Of a DNA stretch of 64,000 bases, positions 57,881 to 64,000 are shown piece after piece (the stretch's first letter is position 1; each line of letters opens with the position of its first letter). The notes under the pieces were generated by a model that did no database searches, had not been told where the DNA came from, and saw only the letters and a list, made by a program, of their open reading frames with translations. The position numbers and the translations under genes were made by a program. The stretch is from Bacillota bacterium (GTDB lineage: Bacteria; Bacillota; Clostridia; Christensenellales; SZUA-584), in contig JAEWQS010000077.1 of assembly GCA_023399095.1 (NCBI GenBank), positions 2,137 to 66,136 on the forward strand. Reading direction: 5' to 3'.

Positions 57881-58949
57881 CTGCTTTGCATCTTGCGCAT
57901 TCGGTCTCGAAGCACTAACCGCTGCGGAACTCAAAAAATTAAGACTCGACGGCGTGAGTGCCAGAGACGCCCGGGTCTATTTTAATGCTGACGAACGCGG
58001 CATTGCGCTTGCGAATCTTTTTCTGCGCACGGCGGACAGAGTATATATTGAGTTGGGCACGTTTGAGGCGACAACGTTTGACGCTTTGTTTGAAGGTGTT
58101 CGAGCGCTTGCGCTGGAGGATTATATCCCAAGGGACGCATCGTTTCCCGTCAACGCGGATTCAGTGGGCAGCGCGCTTTTCAGCGTGTCGGACATACAGT
58201 CCATCAGTAAAAAGGCCGCTGTCATGCGGCTCATGGCGCGGCATAAGGTATCGGTGCTGCCTGAAACAGGAGGCCGTTATGACATTCACGTCAAAATCCT
58301 TCGCAATCAGGTATCAGTATGCCTAAATACGAGCGGCATGGGGCTGAACCGCCGCGGTTATCGTGCGGCGAACGTGACTGCGCCCATTCGCGAGACGCTT
58401 GCGGCGGGGCTTGTGATGCTTTCTGGCTGGGACGGCGGGGAACTGGCTGATCCGATGTGCGGTTCAGGCACCATTGCGATTGAAGCGGCAATGCTTGGCG
58501 CGAACATTGCGCCGGGGCTCAGCCGTGCTTTTGATGCGCAAAGCTGGCCGCGCTTTAAAAAGAAGTGGAACGCCGCGCGAGATGAAGCGGAAGGCATGCA
58601 GACAGAATCGCCGGTTATCTTCGCGTCGGATATCGACAAGCGCGCTCTCAGTGCCGCGTCCAGAAACGCCGAGACAGCAGGCGTAAGAATCAAGATTTTT
58701 CACGCGGATGTGAAAAGCTTTTCACGCCAGTGCACCGTACTCACCAATCCGCCGTATGCCGTGCGGCTGGGCGAAAGGGACGACGTTCATAAGCTCTACG
58801 GCGACATGGGCCGCGCGTTCGCAATCGCTCCCAAGAAGTCGATCATAACGGCGGATGATCAATTCGAGCGCTTTTTCGGGAAGCGTGCCACAAAGAAAAG
58901 AAAGCTGTATAATGGCAGCATTCGCTGCACATTTTATCAGTATTTTTGA
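57861..58949 (+). CDS. THUMP-domain class I SAM-dependent RNA methyltransferase (RlmL/YpsC-like)
   Basis: 362 aa. THUMP-like N-terminus, DPMCGSGTIAIEA SAM motif, NPPY catalytic motif. Confidence 0.85.
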   Translation: MRQMDYNCFASCAFGLEALTAAELKKLRLDGVSARDARVYFNADERGIALANLFLRTADRVYIELGTFEATTFDALFEGVRALALEDYIPRDASFPVNADSVGSALFSVSDIQSISKKAAVMRLMARHKVSVLPETGGRYDIHVKILRNQVSVCLNTSGMGLNRRGYRAANVTAPIRETLAAGLVMLSGWDGGELADPMCGSGTIAIEAAMLGANIAPGLSRAFDAQSWPRFKKKWNAARDEAEGMQTESPVIFASDIDKRALSAASRNAETAGVRIKIFHADVKSFSRQCTVLTNPPYAVRLGERDDVHKLYGDMGRAFAIAPKKSIITADDQFERFFGKRATKKRKLYNGSIRCTFYQYF

Positions 58950-59028
58950 ATTTCTGATTAAGCATAAAACAATGAAGCGCTTTACATTCGTAGTGGCTGT
59001 ACGTTAATCATATTGCTAGCAGCAACTT

Positions 59029-59057
59029 GTGTCACCCCGAGCTTGTCGAGGGGTCCC
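59029..59057. repeat. solitary half copy of the 44.5-kb repeat element head
   Basis: TGTCACCCCGAGCTTGTCGAGGGGTCCCA differs at 3 of 29 positions from the head of unit 4 (TGTCACCTCTAGCTTGTCGAGAGGTCCCA). No matching tail seen. Confidence 0.6.
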
Positions 59058-59200
59058 ATCATCAAATTCTCAAAGCACTCAATACATTAAAATATAATCC
59101 GTATTACTTTACAATTGTTTGATATTTGTCTGCTGGTCAAATCCTATATCCTGTGTTATCATAGACCGACTATGCAATAGAGGAGAATATTAAGGAATCA

Positions 59201-60820
59201 ATGATCAGTGCACAAGGAATATCCCTACAATACGGCGGCCGGGCGTTATTCAATAACGTAAACGTTCAATTTTCAGCAGGCAACTGTTACGGTTTGATTG
59301 GCGCAAACGGCACAGGAAAATCAACGTTTTTAAAAATACTTTCAGGCGATCTGGAGCCCAATAAGGGCGACGTATCCGTGACAACGGGCGAGCGCATTGC
59401 GGTGCTGCGGCAGGATCACTTCGCGTTTGATGAGTTCACGGTGCTCGAAACGGTAATTATGGGGCATGAGCGGCTTCATGAGATCATAAAGGAAAAGGAA
59501 GCGTTGTACGCCAAAGAAGATTTCAACGACGACGACGGCTTAAAGCTTGCCGAGCTCGAGGGGGAATTTTCGGAGCTTGATGGTTGGAACGCAGAATCCG
59601 ATGCGGAAATACTATTAAATGGTCTTGGCATCACGGGTGAATACCACGAGAAGAAAATGGCAGAGCTGGACGGCCCGCGCAAGGTCAAGGTGCTGCTCGC
59701 GCAAGCGCTTTTCGCAAAGCCAGAGAACCTTTTGCTCGACGAGCCCACCAACAACTTAGATCTTCACGCAATCACATGGCTGGAGAATTTCCTTATGGAT
59801 TTTCCGAACACAGTCATCGTGGTCTCGCATGACCGCCACTTTCTCAATAAGGTGTGCACGCATATTGTGGACATCGACTACGGCAAAATACAGATGTACG
59901 TGGGCAACTACGATTTCTGGTATGAGTATACACAGCTGGCCGCGCGCCAGCTCAAGGACGAGCGCAAACGCACCGAGCAAAAGGCCAAGGAGCTTGAGGA
60001 GTTTATCAGGCGGTTCAGCGCAAACGCATCCAAATCAAAGCAGGCGACGTCGCGAAAAAAGATGCTGGACAATTTGCAGATGGACAATTTCGCGCCGTCG
60101 TCACGGCGCTATCCGTTTGTCCATTTCAAGCCCAACCGTGAGGTAGGCAATGATATTTTGGTGGTAGACGGTATCAGCAAAACGATCGGAGGCCGCAAGG
60201 TGCTCGATAACGTGAGCTTCATCGTACAGCCCGGCGACAAGATTGCGTTTGCGGGCAAGGATGAGGTGGCGCGTACCACGCTGTTTCAGATCATCATGGG
60301 GGAGATGGAGCCCGACGAAGGCTCATACAAATGGGGCGTGACAACCACTCAGGCGTATCTTCCGGCCGATAACTCCGCATATTTCGATGGTGTGGAGCTG
60401 TCGCTTGTGGACTGGATGCGCCAATTCTCTGAGGATAAATACGAGGCCACCGTGCGCGGTTGGCTGGGACGCATGTTGTTTTCGGGCGAGGAGGCCATGA
60501 AGCAGGCCAAGGTGCTATCGGGTGGGGAGAAGGTGCGTTGCATGCTTGCCAAGATGATGCTTTCAGGTGCTAATGTGATCATCATGGACGAGCCGACCAA
60601 CCATCTTGACCTCGAAGCCATTACCGCGCTCAACGAGGGAATGACCGAGTATAAAAGTGTCATGCTGTTTACCTCGCACGACCATCAGATCATGCAGACG
60701 GTGGCAAACCGCATCATCGAGATATTGCCCGGCTTCCTGATCGACAGGCGAGAGAGCTTTGATGAATATCTTGAGAATCCCGAAGTGGAGAAACTGCGGG
60801 GCCAATACCAAGCTGAATAA
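59201..60820 (+). CDS. ABC-F family ATPase (YbiT/YkpA-like) with one degenerate composite ATP site
   Basis: 539 aa, two NBDs and no TMs. NBD1 has Walker A GANGTGKST, Walker B LLLDEPTNNLD and signature position LDGPRKVKV. NBD2 has Walker A position GKDEVARTT, signature LSGGEKVR and Walker B IIMDEPTNHLD. Confidence 0.9.
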   Translation: MISAQGISLQYGGRALFNNVNVQFSAGNCYGLIGANGTGKSTFLKILSGDLEPNKGDVSVTTGERIAVLRQDHFAFDEFTVLETVIMGHERLHEIIKEKEALYAKEDFNDDDGLKLAELEGEFSELDGWNAESDAEILLNGLGITGEYHEKKMAELDGPRKVKVLLAQALFAKPENLLLDEPTNNLDLHAITWLENFLMDFPNTVIVVSHDRHFLNKVCTHIVDIDYGKIQMYVGNYDFWYEYTQLAARQLKDERKRTEQKAKELEEFIRRFSANASKSKQATSRKKMLDNLQMDNFAPSSRRYPFVHFKPNREVGNDILVVDGISKTIGGRKVLDNVSFIVQPGDKIAFAGKDEVARTTLFQIIMGEMEPDEGSYKWGVTTTQAYLPADNSAYFDGVELSLVDWMRQFSEDKYEATVRGWLGRMLFSGEEAMKQAKVLSGGEKVRCMLAKMMLSGANVIIMDEPTNHLDLEAITALNEGMTEYKSVMLFTSHDHQIMQTVANRIIEILPGFLIDRRESFDEYLENPEVEKLRGQYQAE

Positions 60821-60830
60821 AAAAGAACTG

Positions 60831-60866
60831 AACCTTCACTTGCAATATAGCGGTGGAGGTTTTTTA
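60831..60866 (+). terminator. rho-independent terminator after the ABC-F gene
   Basis: AACCTTCAC / GTGGAGGTT stem (one wobble) followed by T6. Confidence 0.7.
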
Positions 60867-60876
60867 ATTTTATTTT

Positions 60877-60909
60877 TGACACATAAATGACACATAGAAG
60901 TTTTAGAAT
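60877..60909 (+). promoter_or_regulatory. perfect 9-bp direct repeats at 11-bp phase overlapping the -35 position, plus -10 TAGAAT (candidate OmpR-family response-regulator site)
   Basis: TGACACATA at 60877-60885 and 60888-60896. TAGAAT at 60904-60909. Confidence 0.5.
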
Positions 60910-60938
60910 GTGACCATCATCAAAGAGGAGGAAAAGTT

Positions 60939-61304
60939 ATGAGAAAAAAACTTTTTGTTATTGCCGCTGTGGTGGTCGCGGTAATGGTGTTCGGAATCGG
61001 TTCTGCGCTTGCGTTTGGCCCAGCCATCGACGATACGGTAACGCAGAATGGGCGTTACGGCGACTGTGATGGCACATGCGATAACGATGCGCTCAAACCG
61101 CAGGACGGCACCGGTAACCAGTACGGAGCACGCGCAAATGGCATTGTTTGTGACGGCACGTGCGATGAAGACCGAGACGCACCGCGAGATGGCACCGGCA
61201 ATCAATTTGGAATGCGCGCCGGTAATCGTGACAACAATGGCATATGTGGCAATGCTAACGGGGGGCAGGGCGGCAGAGGCGGACAGTGCGGAAGGAATCG
61301 CTAG
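60939..61304 (+). CDS. small secreted Cys/Gly-rich repeat protein
   Basis: 121 aa. Signal peptide ending ALA/FG. Two modules CDGTCD[NE]D..P[QR]DGTGNQ[YF]G.RA, then Gly-rich tail GICGNANGGQGGRGGQCGRNR. GAGGAGG RBS. Confidence 0.6.
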   Translation: MRKKLFVIAAVVVAVMVFGIGSALAFGPAIDDTVTQNGRYGDCDGTCDNDALKPQDGTGNQYGARANGIVCDGTCDEDRDAPRDGTGNQFGMRAGNRDNNGICGNANGGQGGRGGQCGRNR

Positions 61305-61435
61305 CCATTTGGTTTTTGAAGGAGGCCGATTTCTGGCTTCCTTTTTCCTGTGTTATAATAAAAAGAAGTGTCATTTATACACGGTTCATTCAACAGACTT
61401 TTTAAGGGAAAACGGCAGAGTACGGGGGGTTGGGT

Positions 61436-62113
61436 ATGAGCGGAGTTCGCATACTGGTTGCGGAGGACGAAAACAGTATATTGAAGCTTGTCACACGTTA
61501 TCTCGAAAACGAAGGGTTTACGGTGCTTACGGCCTCGGATGGGGAAGCAGCGCTGGACACCTGGCTGGATACTCCAATTGATCTTGCCGTGCTGGACGTG
61601 ATGATGCCAAAGCTTGACGGTTGGGAAGTGCTCAAAGAAATTCGTAAGGAAAGCGATATCCCGGTTATCATGCTCACCGCCAGACGCGAGGAAATCGACA
61701 GACTGCAGGGCTTTGAGCTTGGAACGGACGATTATCTGACAAAGCCGTTCAGCATGCGTGAGCTTGTGATGCGCGTTAAGGCACTGCTTAAGCGCGCGGG
61801 CAAGCTGTCAGTCAGCGGTACGATCGAGCTGCCCGGGCTTACTGTGAACACGCAGACGCAGACGGCGGAGACAGCGGATGGGGACGCAAGGCTCTCCGCG
61901 CGCGAATTTGAGCTGCTGATATATTTGATCGATAACAAAGGAATTGTGCTGACACGCGATAGAATTTTGGAGCGTATATGGGGCTTTGATTACGAAGGAG
62001 ACACGCGCGTACTGGATACGACGATTAAGAGGCTCCGCGCGAAGCTTGGCAGCTGTGGAAACTGTATCAAAACACTGCGCAGCAACGGCTATATGTTTGA
62101 GGCTGACGAATGA
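61436..62113 (+). CDS. OmpR/PhoB-family response regulator
   Basis: Receiver domain (ILVAEDE, phospho-Asp in LAVLDVMMP, K in TKPF) plus winged-helix domain. ATG 61436 preferred over TTG 61430. Confidence 0.9.
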   Translation: MSGVRILVAEDENSILKLVTRYLENEGFTVLTASDGEAALDTWLDTPIDLAVLDVMMPKLDGWEVLKEIRKESDIPVIMLTARREEIDRLQGFELGTDDYLTKPFSMRELVMRVKALLKRAGKLSVSGTIELPGLTVNTQTQTAETADGDARLSAREFELLIYLIDNKGIVLTRDRILERIWGFDYEGDTRVLDTTIKRLRAKLGSCGNCIKTLRSNGYMFEADE

Positions 62114-63501
62114 AAAAAACGCTTTTTTTACAAATGATCACTTATATGATGCTTTTTTGTATTGCTATTTGTGTCATCGGATATGCGGTGATTGAGCTGT
62201 TGTTTGACAACTATTATTATGCTGAGCAGGAGCGAATGCTGTTATCGCGTACAAATGAGGCGGCGGCTCAGATTGACGCCGGTGCTGATGTGGATTCGAT
62301 CATCGATGCGTATAACGGCGAATACGGTGGGTTTCTTCACTACTTAAGTGAAGATACAGGGCAGCATGGCGGTATGCATGGCATGATGGGGCGGCAGGGC
62401 GCTTTTTCGGGCATGAAACAAGACAATATCGGTAAGTTCTTTGTGACCACATCAAGACAGGGGATGGGGATGGGGCAGAGTCAATGGCTCTCTTATCTGA
62501 CACAGACACAGGACGGCAGCTTGCTGATGGGCAGTGTGCCATACGGCAGCATGGACAGCGTGGTGGTGCTGGTGCAAAAGTTTTTCCTGTATTTCGGTAT
62601 TGCCAACGCCGCGGCGTTTGTGTTGTTCGCGTTGTTCTTTTCTAGGAGCATGTCTCGCCCGTTACGTGAGCTTAATGCGATAGCGGCCGAAATGGGAAAG
62701 CTAAATTTTTCATTGCACTATGACGGGAAACGGCGCGATGAGATCGGTCAACTGGGCAGCACGCTCAATTCACTGATGAAGCGACTGGAAAACACGATAT
62801 CGCAGCTTAAAGGCGAGCTTTCCAAGGAGAAGACGCTGGAAAAGATGCGTACACAGTTCACAGCGCAGGTGTCGCATGAGCTGCAAACACCTCTGTCAGT
62901 GATAAAGGGTTATTCGGAAGCGCTCGCCGATAATCTTTATGCCGGTGAAGAAACGATGGGTGTCTATCAAATACTTGTAGACGAAGCAGAAAAGATCAGC
63001 AACATGGTAGACGATCTGTTGAACCTTTCACAAATCGAAGCTGGGGCTTATGTGCTGAATAAGCAGACATTCAGCCTGCTTTCGATGCTGAACAAGCTTT
63101 ACACGCGATACCATGTGCTAACTGGCGGCAAGCATATCCATATGCATGCCGATATGCCGGATAGCGATAAATACTATGGCGATGAGCGGAGGCTGGAACA
63201 GGCCGTCAGCAACGTACTGACAAACGCGATTAAGCATACGCCGGACAACGGTGATATATTGATAACGCTTTCTAAGTGTGAGAAGAACATCGTTATCGCA
63301 GTTGAAAATGCCGGAGACCCCATTGCCAAGGAAGACTTGCCGCATATATTCGACAGCTATTACCGTGGCAAATCGGCATTGAGAGGAACAGGACTCGGTC
63401 TTTCAATCACGAAGCATATTATCTCACTGCATGGCGGCACCATTACAGCCGCCAATAATAAAAGGGGCGTACTGTTTGAGATCAATTTGCCCCTTCAATA
63501 A
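62110..63501 (+). CDS. sensor histidine kinase (HAMP-HisKA-HATPase) with Met/Gly/His-rich extracytoplasmic loop
   Basis: Two TMs flanking a ~115-aa loop. H-box FTAQVSHELQTPL, N box VLTNAIKHT, G boxes GTGLGLSI. ATGA overlap with the RR gene. Confidence 0.9.
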   Translation: MKKTLFLQMITYMMLFCIAICVIGYAVIELLFDNYYYAEQERMLLSRTNEAAAQIDAGADVDSIIDAYNGEYGGFLHYLSEDTGQHGGMHGMMGRQGAFSGMKQDNIGKFFVTTSRQGMGMGQSQWLSYLTQTQDGSLLMGSVPYGSMDSVVVLVQKFFLYFGIANAAAFVLFALFFSRSMSRPLRELNAIAAEMGKLNFSLHYDGKRRDEIGQLGSTLNSLMKRLENTISQLKGELSKEKTLEKMRTQFTAQVSHELQTPLSVIKGYSEALADNLYAGEETMGVYQILVDEAEKISNMVDDLLNLSQIEAGAYVLNKQTFSLLSMLNKLYTRYHVLTGGKHIHMHADMPDSDKYYGDERRLEQAVSNVLTNAIKHTPDNGDILITLSKCEKNIVIAVENAGDPIAKEDLPHIFDSYYRGKSALRGTGLGLSITKHIISLHGGTITAANNKRGVLFEINLPLQ

Positions 63502-63593
63502 TAATCACATATTATCATCACCGAGAGGTGACGGGGGGAGAGGAAAGGTTACTCCCTCCGGTTATTACCACCTTCGACGTTGAGTATTTTTAA

Positions 63594-63965
63594 TCAGTTG
63601 TCGTAATGACTTTCAATCAGTTTCAGCATATCCTTTTTGGTGATCCCCAGCGTCTTATAATATTCAATGTCTTTGACAAGCTTTTCGAGCACCAGCGCAT
63701 CGCGCTTTTCATCAATATCATTCTGTTTTAAGGATGCCACGAAACAGCCCCGACCCACCATAGCGTAAATAAAGCCCTTGCGCTCCAGCTCTTCCCACGC
63801 TTTTTTGATGGTAATGACGCTGATTCTCAGCTCCTTGGCGACCGTGCGGATAGGCGGCAGACAGGTATCTGTTGGCAGCTCGCCCTTGATGATCTGCGAG
63901 GATATCTGTTCAAATATCTGCTGATAAATCGGCTTTTCCGATGTGTTCGTAATAATGATGTTCAT
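63594..63965 (-). CDS. GntR-family (YtrA-subfamily-size) transcriptional regulator
   Basis: 123 aa. PIYQQIFEQI...LPPIRTVAKELRISVITIKKAWEELE winged-helix domain. Confidence 0.85.
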   Translation of the reverse strand: MNIIITNTSEKPIYQQIFEQISSQIIKGELPTDTCLPPIRTVAKELRISVITIKKAWEELERKGFIYAMVGRGCFVASLKQNDIDEKRDALVLEKLVKDIEYYKTLGITKKDMLKLIESHYDN

Positions 63966-64000
63966 TAAATATTAACTCGCTCAAACCTTTTGACAGATAT

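Overview
This window looks like chromosomal DNA from a Gram-positive, spore-forming Clostridia-type Firmicute. That reading rests on gene content only (spoVS, Firmicute-style operons, lipobox lipoproteins, frequent GTG/TTG starts); no database search was possible. Most of the window is conserved housekeeping:
- aspS, an RseC-like gene and trx
- spoVS
- smc-ftsY
- ylxM-ffh-rpsP-KH-rimM-trmD
- a PPi-type phosphofructokinase
- a dtxR-like regulator with feoAB
- a complete purE-C-F-M-N-H-D operon
- a lysine-riboswitch-controlled asd-dapA-dapB operon on the minus strand
- an ABC-F protein
- an OmpR/HK two-component system

The most unusual content is a visibly AT-richer islet directly downstream of tRNA-Asn(GTT), at about 13.1-16.8 kb. 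It carries a translationally coupled gene pair. The first gene encodes a 173-aa polytopic protein with an ordered Cys/Arg/His set resembling exosortase/archaeosortase. The second encodes an 890-aa protein with about 11 N-terminal TM helices, VIT-like and vWA-like regions, and a C-terminal 'DEP + hydrophobic helix + KRNR' tail of the PEP-CTERM type. Such sorting systems are typical of diderm bacteria, so finding one in a monoderm spore-former with no EPS locus is my lead candidate for something new.

Other items worth a second look:
- a tandem array of four inverted-repeat-bounded ~80-94 bp elements after purD, plus a solitary half copy at 59.0 kb
- a DapB fused to aspartokinase-type ACT domains behind an L-box
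- an ABC-F protein whose degenerate NBD2 Walker A and degenerate NBD1 signature map to the same composite ATP site
- a two-component operon preceded by perfect 9-bp direct repeats at 11-bp phase and by a small secreted Cys/Gly-rich repeat protein
- an ECF sigma/anti-sigma/lipoprotein trio sharing an extracytoplasmic domain
- an esterase/condensation-like acyltransferase/zinc-ribbon membrane protein operon
- a CNPC thioredoxin
- an unannotated 44-aa basic ORF

I saw no rRNA, CRISPR array, transposase, integrase or phage genes.
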